Positions 37,254 to 45,187 of a DNA stretch of 64,000 bases are shown here, piece by piece. Made by a program: the position numbers and the translations under genes. The stretch spans positions 7 through 64,006 of the forward strand of contig JBHJOQ010000025.1 in assembly GCA_050329555.1 (NCBI GenBank), in the 5' to 3' direction. Positions within the stretch are counted from its first letter, which is position 1. Each line of letters begins with the position of its first letter. The stretch comes from Acidimicrobiia bacterium (GTDB lineage: Bacteria > Actinomycetota > Acidimicrobiia > Spongiisociales > ZC4RG35). The notes below the pieces were generated by a model. The model did no database searches. It was given only the letters and a program-made list of their open reading frames with translations, and had not been told where the DNA came from.

Positions 37254-40200
37254 TCACCTGAAGTCGCGCGACTTCACGGTCTGGACACCGATCGGCTCGA
37301 AGTTGTGGGCGACGATGTTGGTGACACCGTCGTTGAACTCCAAGCGGCCGTGGATCACCAGGGCCGGGCTCTTGCGGACGATCTGTCGGTGCTTCGACCA
37401 GACGTCGGGGAGCACCACGATGTTGAGCAGGCCAGTCTCGTCTTCGAGGTTGAGGAAATGGACACCTTTGGCGGTGCCCGGGCGCTGGCGGTGGGTGATG
37501 ACTCCCGCCACTTTGATCCGGGCACCGTGACGCTGCATCTCCAGTGTCTCGGCGGCGGTGAGACAGTCGCCCAACTGGTCGCGGACAAAGCTCATCGGGT
37601 GCCGTGATGACACCCCAGTCGACCAGAGGTCGGCGCGGTGTGACTCCTCGTCGCTCATCCCGGGAAGCGGCGGTGAGTCGACACCGGGTGAAAGGGCAAG
37701 CCGCTCCGGGTCGATCTCGGCAAGAGCACCGGCCGCCCATAACCCCTCCCTCCGGCCCAGTCCCACCGACTCCAGCGCGCCGGCGGCGGCAAGCCCCTCC
37801 AGGGCATCGACATCGAGACCGGTGCGGAAAGCAAGGTCTTCGGGTGAGGAGAAAGGCCCGCCGAGGATCCGGGCCGCCTCGATGGTCGTGATCTCCCGCT
37901 CCCCCAGGTTCCTCACGTATCGCAACCCCATCCGCACGGCCACCGCCGGGCGCACCGCGTCGTCTACTGGTCCTCTCCCCCGCCGCCAGCTCTCGCCGAG
38001 ATAGGTGACGATGTCGTCGGGGTCGGCGTCGATTGGCTCGATGGTACAGTCGTGCCAGGAGACGTTGACGTCGGGACCGTGGACCACCACACCATGCCGC
38101 TGTGAGTCCTGGACCAGGGAATTCGGGCTGTAGAAGCCCATCGGCTGGGCGTTGAGCAGGCCGGCGAGGAACTCGGCCGGATAGTGGAACCGGAGCCAGA
38201 CCGACATGTAGACGATGTAGGCGAAACTGACCGAGTGACTCTCGGGAAACCCGAAGCTGGCAAATCCCTGCAGCTTCTCCCAGATCTCGTCGGCAGCCGC
38301 CCCACCGATCCCGTTTGCGTCCATCCCGGCAAAGACCTCGTCTTTGAGCCTCGACATCGCAGTCTCGGAGCGCTTGTGAGTCATTGCCTGGCGGAGCCGG
38401 TCCGCCTGGCTCCCGTCGAAGCCGGCACAGACCCGGGCCAGTTCCATGAGTTGCTCCTGGAATATGGGCACTCCGAGCGTCTTCTTCAGGATCGGTTCGG
38501 CAAGCGGATGGGGGTAGCGGACCGGCTCCTCGCCATTGCGCCGTCGCAGGTAGGGATGAACCGACTGTCCCTGAATCGGTCCGGGACGGATCAGCGCCAC
38601 CTCGATTGCGAGGTCGTAGAAGGTCTTCGGTTTCATCTTGGGCAGCGTGGCCATCTGCGCCCTCGACTCGATCTGGAAGACCCCGACGGTGTCAGACCTG
38701 GTTATCGACCGGTACAGAGCCGGCTCCTGGGGGATGGTGGCAAGGTCGATGTCGATGCCGTGGTGGTCTTCGATGAGGTCGTGGGCGAGGTGGAGGGCGT
38801 TGAGCATCCCCAACCCGAGAAGGTCGAACTTGACCACGCCGACGGCAGACGAGTCGTCTTTGTCCCATTGGATGACGGTCCTGCCTTCCATCCGCCCCCA
38901 CTCGACGGGGACTACGTGCCAGAGAGGCCGGTCGGCGATGACCATCCCCCCGGAGTGGATCCCGAGGTGCCGGGGATACCCGTCGAGGCGCCAGCAGATG
39001 TCGTAGATCATCTCGGCGGTCATCCCCTCGGGGAGTGTGGTGTCCATATGGCGGAGCTGGCCGGGGTCGTGGGTGTCCACGAACTGGCTGAGCCCGTCGA
39101 CCTGGGCCTGGGTGAACCCGAAGGTCTTGGCCACGTCGCGGAGCACTGACCGGGCCCGGTATGTGATCACGTTCGCCACCATCGCCGCCCGCTCCCGCCC
39201 GTACTTGCGGTAGCAGTACTGGATCACTTCCTCGCGGCGGTCGGCCTCGAAGTCGACGTCGATGTCGGGGGGCTTGCCCCGCTCCTCGGAGAGGAACCGC
39301 TCGAAGGGAAGGTGGAGGCGGATCGGGTCGACCCGGGTGAGGCCGATGCACCGGCACACCGCCGAGTCGGCTCCCGAGCCTCTGATCTGGCAGTAGATGT
39401 CCTGGCTGCGGGCGAAGTCGACCAGGTCTTTCACCACCAGGAAATAGCCGGCAAACCCGAGCCGGGCGATGATGTCGAGCTCATGGCCGAGCCTCCGCCT
39501 CGCTTCGGGGCTGATCCCGTCATCGGAGCCCGGATAGACGTCGCGAGCCCCTTCCCAGGTCAGTGCGGTGAGGAATTCCATTTCGTCGCGGAAATGCCCC
39601 GGCATCGGAAAGTCGGGAAGCCGGGGTGCCATCAGACCGAGGTCGAAGGCAAGCCGTCTCCCCAGCTCGGCACTCCTCGCCACTGCTCCGGGATAACGCC
39701 GGAACCGGACTTCCATCTCCTCGGCGGTCTTCAGATACCTCTCGTCTGATGCGGGCCTGAACCCATCTGCCACCACAAGTGGCCGCCGCCCTCCGATGGC
39801 GGCAAGCACCTCGGACAGGTAGGCGTCGGAGCGCTGGTGATAGTGGACCTGGTTGGTGGCCACGGTCGACACCGAGAGCCGCGATGCCACCTCCCAGAGG
39901 AGATCGTTCCTGCCGTCGTCCTCGGGCATGGCGTGGTGCCACATCTCGACGTGGAGCCGGGTGCCGAAGATGTCCTGGAGACGGGATACCTCCCTGATCG
40001 TGGCCGACAGGTTGCCTCGTGCCGCTGCCCGCGGGACCGCCCCGGCATGACAACCGGTGAGGGCATGGACATCGGGGTCAGCCGCGGCTTCGGCGAGGTC
40101 GTCACGGGAGTAGATCGGATGGTCTTTCTCCCCCCTGAGCTGGGCCCTGGTCACGAAACGGGAGAGGAAGCGGTACCCCGAAGGTGACCCGGCGAGCAAC

Positions 40201-40580
40201 ACCAGATGGTCCGCCTCGGGGAGATTGGTGGGTTTGGTCCCGTGGGCACGGACACTCCGGCCCCGGCGCAACCGCCCTTGCCCGCCCTTGCTGCGGGTGT
40301 ACCTGGCCGCATCCCATTCTTCGGCCTTTGCCAGCGGGTCGTCACCGTCGACGGCTCCGTCCTCGAACCCGATTTCCACCCCGTAGATGACCGGGAGACC
40401 CGTGGCCTGCGCTGCCTGCCAGAACCGGGACACCCCGTAGAACCCGTCGTGGTCGGTCACGGCCAGCGCTTCATACCCGAGGTCGACGGCACGCTCCACC
40501 AGATCCTCGGGATGGGACGCTCCGTCGAGAAACGAAAAGTTAGTGTGGCAATGGAGTTCCGCGTAACCGCTCACCCGCAC
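37254..40580 (-). CDS. dnaE2: error-prone DNA polymerase (DnaE2, Pol III alpha-like)
   Basis: 1108 aa. PHP domain (YAELHCHTNFSFLDGAS), Pol III alpha core and OB fold, with a DnaE2-typical length. An SOS box lies immediately upstream. The real start may be the second GTG at 40574. Confidence 0.9.
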   Translation of the reverse strand: MRVSGYAELHCHTNFSFLDGASHPEDLVERAVDLGYEALAVTDHDGFYGVSRFWQAAQATGLPVIYGVEIGFEDGAVDGDDPLAKAEEWDAARYTRSKGGQGRLRRGRSVRAHGTKPTNLPEADHLVLLAGSPSGYRFLSRFVTRAQLRGEKDHPIYSRDDLAEAAADPDVHALTGCHAGAVPRAAARGNLSATIREVSRLQDIFGTRLHVEMWHHAMPEDDGRNDLLWEVASRLSVSTVATNQVHYHQRSDAYLSEVLAAIGGRRPLVVADGFRPASDERYLKTAEEMEVRFRRYPGAVARSAELGRRLAFDLGLMAPRLPDFPMPGHFRDEMEFLTALTWEGARDVYPGSDDGISPEARRRLGHELDIIARLGFAGYFLVVKDLVDFARSQDIYCQIRGSGADSAVCRCIGLTRVDPIRLHLPFERFLSEERGKPPDIDVDFEADRREEVIQYCYRKYGRERAAMVANVITYRARSVLRDVAKTFGFTQAQVDGLSQFVDTHDPGQLRHMDTTLPEGMTAEMIYDICWRLDGYPRHLGIHSGGMVIADRPLWHVVPVEWGRMEGRTVIQWDKDDSSAVGVVKFDLLGLGMLNALHLAHDLIEDHHGIDIDLATIPQEPALYRSITRSDTVGVFQIESRAQMATLPKMKPKTFYDLAIEVALIRPGPIQGQSVHPYLRRRNGEEPVRYPHPLAEPILKKTLGVPIFQEQLMELARVCAGFDGSQADRLRQAMTHKRSETAMSRLKDEVFAGMDANGIGGAAADEIWEKLQGFASFGFPESHSVSFAYIVYMSVWLRFHYPAEFLAGLLNAQPMGFYSPNSLVQDSQRHGVVVHGPDVNVSWHDCTIEPIDADPDDIVTYLGESWRRGRGPVDDAVRPAVAVRMGLRYVRNLGEREITTIEAARILGGPFSSPEDLAFRTGLDVDALEGLAAAGALESVGLGRREGLWAAGALAEIDPERLALSPGVDSPPLPGMSDEESHRADLWSTGVSSRHPMSFVRDQLGDCLTAAETLEMQRHGARIKVAGVITHRQRPGTAKGVHFLNLEDETGLLNIVVLPDVWSKHRQIVRKSPALVIHGRLEFNDGVTNIVAHNFEPIGVQTVKSRDFR

Positions 40581-40586
40581 ACTATA

Positions 40587-40602
40587 TCGAACATATGTTC
40601 GA
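40587..40602. promoter_or_regulatory. LexA SOS box (TCGAACATATGTTCGA) in front of dnaE2
   Basis: Perfect 16-bp palindrome matching the actinobacterial TCGAAC-N4-GTTCGA consensus. On the minus strand it abuts a TATAGT -10-like hexamer (40586-40581). Confidence 0.8.
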
Positions 40603-40652
40603 CTCTGCTCTGCGTGGCTAAGGGGATGTGATTCCGTCGAGGATGAGGTGGA

Positions 40653-40979
40653 TCAGAGGAACTTGATGATTCCGACGGCAAGACCGACGGCACCAATAAT
40701 CGATGCCACCTGAGTGGTCACGAAGGTGCGCGAGTAGCCGCGCAACGTCTCATGGAACTGGTACAGCCTGTCGTCGATCTTCTCGAACCGGCCTTCCAAC
40801 TTCTCGAACCTGGCGTCAACCCTTTCGAACCCGAGATTCATGTCGGTTCGCAGATCAGCGACATCGTCCTTGGTGGCCAGGTCACCGCTCTCATGGATTC
40901 TTTCCATCAGGATCCTTGCAGGCTCTCTACCAATCACCTGCTCCAACGCATTGTACAGTTCGGCTCGGTCTGAAGTCAT
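40653..40979 (-). CDS. small coiled-coil protein with C-terminal membrane anchor (DUF1640-like?)
   Basis: 108 aa. Heptad-like acidic/basic repeats (FERVDARFEKLEGRFEKIDDRL) followed by the hydrophobic tail ASIIGAVGLAVGIIKFL. Confidence 0.45.
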   Translation of the reverse strand: MTSDRAELYNALEQVIGREPARILMERIHESGDLATKDDVADLRTDMNLGFERVDARFEKLEGRFEKIDDRLYQFHETLRGYSRTFVTTQVASIIGAVGLAVGIIKFL

Positions 40980-41141
40980 GAGTGTCTCCCTTCTCTCACG
41001 AACCTACGGCAAGGCGGGGACAAGAACCAGATGGCTTTGGCTTCCGACCAAATCGACGATGGAAGCCTGCGTCGTGTAGATGCGTCTATCAGCCCACTTC
41101 GATTTCCGAAACCATCTGCTGAGGCCGCGGGTCAGAGACAC

Positions 41142-42485
41142 ATGGGTGCACTGAGACGGACCATGCAATCGGCGGAGAAACTCGCAAGGGACACTCCCCC
41201 GAGTCGTAACCGCTACGTCGACTTGCTCCGTGCCTTCTCCATCCTGGTCGTCGTCTACGGGCACTGGCTGATGGCGGCACCCGAGGTGATCGACGGTGAG
41301 ATCAGGATCGGCCATGCCCTCACCGACATCCCCTGGACCAGGGGCTTGACCTGGGTACTCCAGGTGATGCCGATCTTCTTCTTCGTCGGCGGCTACTCCA
41401 ACGCTCTCGGACTGCGCGCCGCCCGCCGCAAGGGCACGGAGTACAGCCAGTGGCTGCGCGACCGTCTCCGACGCCTCATCGTCCCCGTGCTGCCGGTGCT
41501 CGCCCTCTGGGCGCCGGGCGCATGGCTTGCGGTCACCTCAGGTGTCGACAGCGAGCTGGTCAGGGTCGGCTCGCAGGCTGCACTCGTCCCCGTGTGGTTC
41601 CTTGCCACCTACGTCGTCGTCGTGGCGATGGCGCCGATCACTCTCTGGATGTGGGAGAGGATCGGGCTTGGTGCCTTCTTCGTTTTCGCCGGCGCGGCGG
41701 CCGCAGTCGATGTTGCCTACATCGGCTATGACGTCGACCCGGTTCGCTGGCTGAACTACCTCTTCGTCTGGAACGCGGTCCACATCCTCGGATACGCATG
41801 GGCCGATGGAAGGGTCCGTGACTTGCCCCACCGGGCATCGATCGCCATCGGCGGGTTCATCTCCCTGGCCGCGTTGATCGTCTTCGGACCGTATCCGGTT
41901 TCGATGGTCGGCTTTGCCGGCGAGGCCATCACCAACTCCAACCCGCCCAAGGTCACCCTGGTCGCCCTTGCCGTCTTCCAGTTCGGCCTGGCGATGCTGT
42001 TCGAGGGCCCGGCACGGCGCTGGCTCGATCGGATCAAGGTGTGGACCCGGGTGGTCGCAGTCAACGGCTCGATCATGACGATCTACCTCTGGCATCTCAC
42101 CGCGATGGTGGCCGTAGTTGGTGTCCTGTTGCTGTTCGACGGTCTTGGCCTCGGTTTTGAGGTAGGGACGTGGCAGTGGTGGCTGACCCGACCGCTTTGG
42201 CTGGCCTTCATGTCGGTCGTGCTTCTCCCGTTCATGGTCGCCTTCGGCAAATTCGAACGTCCCCGCACCGACAACCGACCGGCCCCTCCGGTGTGGAAGC
42301 CTTTGCTGGCGGCGCTGGCGGTATGCGCGGGCCTCGGAATGCTCGCCTCGGGAGGGATCGCCGACGCCGACGGACTCAACATCGTTGCCCTCCTCCTCCC
42401 CCTCGCCGGGGTCGTGGCCGGCGGGGTTATCGGAGCCGGTCGTTGGGAGAGAAAACAGCAGGAGTCGGAGAAGACGCCTGTCTAA
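41142..42485 (+). CDS. acyltransferase family 3 integral membrane protein
   Basis: RNRYVDLLRAFSILVVVYGHW is the typical acyltransferase_3 N-terminus. About 10 TM segments. Start chosen at ATG 41142, although the ORF is open from 41031. Confidence 0.75.
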   Translation: MGALRRTMQSAEKLARDTPPSRNRYVDLLRAFSILVVVYGHWLMAAPEVIDGEIRIGHALTDIPWTRGLTWVLQVMPIFFFVGGYSNALGLRAARRKGTEYSQWLRDRLRRLIVPVLPVLALWAPGAWLAVTSGVDSELVRVGSQAALVPVWFLATYVVVVAMAPITLWMWERIGLGAFFVFAGAAAAVDVAYIGYDVDPVRWLNYLFVWNAVHILGYAWADGRVRDLPHRASIAIGGFISLAALIVFGPYPVSMVGFAGEAITNSNPPKVTLVALAVFQFGLAMLFEGPARRWLDRIKVWTRVVAVNGSIMTIYLWHLTAMVAVVGVLLLFDGLGLGFEVGTWQWWLTRPLWLAFMSVVLLPFMVAFGKFERPRTDNRPAPPVWKPLLAALAVCAGLGMLASGGIADADGLNIVALLLPLAGVVAGGVIGAGRWERKQQESEKTPV

Positions 42486-42495
42486 GGTTTCATCC

Positions 42496-42825
42496 TTGGA
42501 CTTCACCCTCCGCACTGCGCAAGCTGACGACATCGAGCTGCTCAAAGAAGCTCTGTACATCTCCGTCGTCTGGGACGAGGAGGAGCCATCGTCCTTCGAA
42601 CAGGTGGTCGGTCATCCCGAATTGGCGCAGTATTGGGAGAACTGGGGCAGGCCGGGAGACCTCGGCGTTGTCGCCGAACGTGACGGCCAGTACCTGGGAG
42701 CGGCCTTCGGGCGACTGTTCACCGAAGACCGGCCCTCGTATGGGTTCGTCGACGAGCAGACCCCTGAAGTTGGAATCGGGATCATTGCCGGGTCGGCCGC
42801 GACGAGAACAGCGCGCAGATGGTGA
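42496..42825 (+). pseudogene. GNAT family N-acetyltransferase, C-terminally truncated
   Basis: GNAT-like N-terminal half (FTLRTAQADDIELL...GVVAERDGQYLGAAF...EVGIGI). The ORF ends before any acetyl-CoA-binding R/QxxGxG/A motif, at only 109 aa. Confidence 0.4.
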
Positions 42826-42867
42826 AGGTTTTGATCTAGTACGGTTCCGCAGAGGAGGAAGCCACCC

Positions 42868-43092
42868 ATGTCGTCAATAACCAAGACGATCCGACTTTCC
42901 GGCCAGGCCGACGGGTCGATCGAAGACGCGGTACGCACCGTCCTGGCGCGCGCTGCGAGCACTATCAGCGATATCCAGAAATTCGAGATCGTCAAGGTCG
43001 GCGGCAAGGTTGACAACTCCGGAGCCCCCGCCCTGTTCACAGTGACCCTCGACATCACGTTCGGGATCAAAGACACAGTCGAACACGAGTGA
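42868..43092 (+). CDS. dodecin family flavin-binding protein
   Basis: 74 aa. SGQADGSIEDAVRTVLARAASTISDIQKFEIVKVGGKV...FTVTLDITF matches the dodecin pattern. Strong RBS GAGGAGGAAG. Confidence 0.75.
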   Translation: MSSITKTIRLSGQADGSIEDAVRTVLARAASTISDIQKFEIVKVGGKVDNSGAPALFTVTLDITFGIKDTVEHE

Positions 43093-43314
43093 CGGTCGGA
43101 GCTTGACAAAGCACCTGATGGGGGTGGTGGAGGCCACCGCGGTTTCGATTGCCCTGATCTGGCGCGCCGCCGGCCCCGAACCTGTCGAGGAGCCCACCTG
43201 AACGTTGCCCCTCCCCCGCGCAATCTGGGGAACGGGATCTATCAGATCCCGGCTCCCCTGCCTTTCAAGTCGCCCCCGTTCGTCAACACCTACGCGGTCG
43301 AGTCAGGCGACGGA

Positions 43315-44175
43315 TTGCTGCTCCTGGACTGCGGGACCGATTGGAAACCGGGACGGGACGCAATTCGCGACGGCTTTGCGGCACTGGGGCTCGCCGAGGA
43401 CGCAGTACACACCCTGGTGGTCTCCCATCTCCACCTCGACCATGTCGGGATGTCGAAGCGGCTCGTCGACGAGTGGGGTTGTGAGTTCGTGATGCACCAA
43501 CGTGCCGAGAAGCTGGTCGACTCCTACAACGACACTCCCGGCTTCGTCCAAAAGCTGCGCCAGATCGGGCACAGCCACGGTGTGCCCGGCTCGATCCTGG
43601 ATGCGATCTCCGATTTCAGCCGGGCAGACTACATGCCGGAGATATACAAGCCGACTCGCACTGTCGTCGACGGCGAAGGCCTGTACCTCGGCGGCGGCAG
43701 GGCCCTCACCGTGATCCATACCCCGGGCCACGAGCCCTCACACATCTGCCTCCGCGACACCAAGACCGGCGTCACTTTCAGCGGCGACCATGTCCTCCCC
43801 CGGATCACCCCGGTGATCATGTACGACCGGGTGCTCGACGACCCCCTCGGCGAATACATGAACTCTCTGCAAAAGCTGGTAGAGATGGACATTGGCGTCA
43901 CTTATCCAGCCCACGGGACCATTGTCGACCAGGGCGACGAGCGGGCCCGCCAGATTCTGTTGCACCACGATCGCCGGCTTCTCGACATGGCCGAACTGGT
44001 CCGTGAGGCTGACACCACCGCATGGGAGGTGATGGTCGGCTCGTTCCGTCCCAACCTGGACCCGCTCCAGATGCGGCTCGCGTTTCTCGAGACGGTCTCG
44101 CACCTCGAGCACCTCCGCCTCTCGGGACGCATCAAATACGTGCAGCGGGACCAGGTGACGGTCTACACCGGTTAA
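43315..44175 (+). CDS. MBL-fold metallo-hydrolase
   Basis: HLHLDHVG (HxHxDH) plus downstream His/Asp ligands. Family-like sequence (NGIYQIPAPLPFKSPPFVNTYAVESGDG) continues in frame upstream to about 43198 with no ATG/GTG/TTG, so the 5' end is uncertain. Confidence 0.8.
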   Translation: MLLLDCGTDWKPGRDAIRDGFAALGLAEDAVHTLVVSHLHLDHVGMSKRLVDEWGCEFVMHQRAEKLVDSYNDTPGFVQKLRQIGHSHGVPGSILDAISDFSRADYMPEIYKPTRTVVDGEGLYLGGGRALTVIHTPGHEPSHICLRDTKTGVTFSGDHVLPRITPVIMYDRVLDDPLGEYMNSLQKLVEMDIGVTYPAHGTIVDQGDERARQILLHHDRRLLDMAELVREADTTAWEVMVGSFRPNLDPLQMRLAFLETVSHLEHLRLSGRIKYVQRDQVTVYTG

Positions 44176-44516
44176 CCAATCCAGGCGACGACGGCGGCTC
44201 CTGCGGCAAAGGCCAGGAGCCAGCTCGCCAGCGACCCGACCAGGACATATTCGGGTGCGATCTGCTTCGGCTCCGACGAGATCTCGGGGAAACGGAGGAT
44301 GCTCTTCGCTGCGACCACGATTCCAGCCGCAGCAGCCTGGCCGGATAGGACCAGCACATAGACCAGCAGGCGTTCGAGGATCCCGATCCAGCGGCCCGCC
44401 CGATTGGTGTCTTTGGGAATCTCAACCCGGACCAGGCGGAGCACCAGGCGCACCACCCAATTCGCCGGGACCGTGAGCAGCACGGCGATCGCGGTCACGA
44501 CAACAGCCTCGGTCAA
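44172..44516 (-). CDS. small membrane protein (DUF3307-like), partner of SatD-like gene
   Basis: 114 aa with 3-4 TM segments. TTGA overlap with the upstream SatD-like gene. Family call is from memory. Confidence 0.45.
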   Translation of the reverse strand: MTEAVVVTAIAVLLTVPANWVVRLVLRLVRVEIPKDTNRAGRWIGILERLLVYVLVLSGQAAAAGIVVAAKSILRFPEISSEPKQIAPEYVLVGSLASWLLAFAAGAAVVAWIG

Positions 44517-45142
44517 TCGAGTGCCCCCGGCCGGTATCCGAGCACGGCGAGGATGCCGTGGTTTTGCAGCCTCCGGCTCACCGAACTCTGGCTCAGGCCA
44601 ACCTGTCTCGAGATGCCGGTCTGGTTCGTGCCTTGGATGTGGATGCGGGCAATCTCGAAGTCGACTTCGTCCCAGGCGGCGGTGATATGGTCTCGAGCGA
44701 CGAGATAGGCGTTGAACAGGTCTTCGCGGCCGTCGCCCGTCTTCACCAGGGTCCGCACCGAGCGCGGTACTGCGTTCGACGACTCCGACTTCTTCACCTG
44801 ATCGATTGCCTCACGGGCCCGCCACCAGCAGGGCCCGTCCTGGCCGAATGGCGGATCCTGCGGCACCAGGTCGAGGGTTCCCCATCCGATCCCGATCCGG
44901 ACATCGACGGTGGGCTGCAATGCCAGGCGGATCTGGAGAGTGGCCGAGATCGCCGCCGGAACATCGTGGAAGAGGCCCTGGAACTCGTCACCGATGGTCA
45001 TCCGCAGGGGTTGCACTGCCGGAGCCACCGTGTTTCCCCGGATCATCGCTTCGTCGAGACAGTGCTGGAGTTCTTCACGGTCCCCAGAATGCCGGGAGGC
45101 TATGACATCCCCGACCAAAGCTGCATAGGACTTATGCGTCAT
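44513..45142 (-). CDS. SatD family protein (cyclase-like N-domain + C-terminal HTH)
   Basis: The N-terminus ALVGDVIASR is typical of SatD as I remember it. C-terminal helix-turn-helix NQTGISRQVGLSQSSVSRRLQ. Start set to ATG 45142, downstream of the valS terminator hairpin. Confidence 0.55.
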   Translation of the reverse strand: MTHKSYAALVGDVIASRHSGDREELQHCLDEAMIRGNTVAPAVQPLRMTIGDEFQGLFHDVPAAISATLQIRLALQPTVDVRIGIGWGTLDLVPQDPPFGQDGPCWWRAREAIDQVKKSESSNAVPRSVRTLVKTGDGREDLFNAYLVARDHITAAWDEVDFEIARIHIQGTNQTGISRQVGLSQSSVSRRLQNHGILAVLGYRPGALD

Positions 45143-45160
45143 AGAAGCAAGTATACCGAA

Positions 45161-45179
45161 CTTGCGCTCAGAGCGCAAG
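45161..45179 (-). terminator. hairpin after valS (CTTGCGCTC-A-GAGCGCAAG)
   Basis: Perfect 9-bp inverted repeat 9 nt downstream of the valS stop. The trailing U-tract is weak (UUCGGUAUACUU). Confidence 0.4.
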
Positions 45180-45187
45180 AATTGCAC

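Noticed and set aside
40653-40979. ImuA/ImuB mutasome genes expected upstream of dnaE2
   Set aside because: The only upstream ORF is a 108-aa coiled-coil, membrane-anchored protein. It has no RecA-like or Y-family polymerase features.
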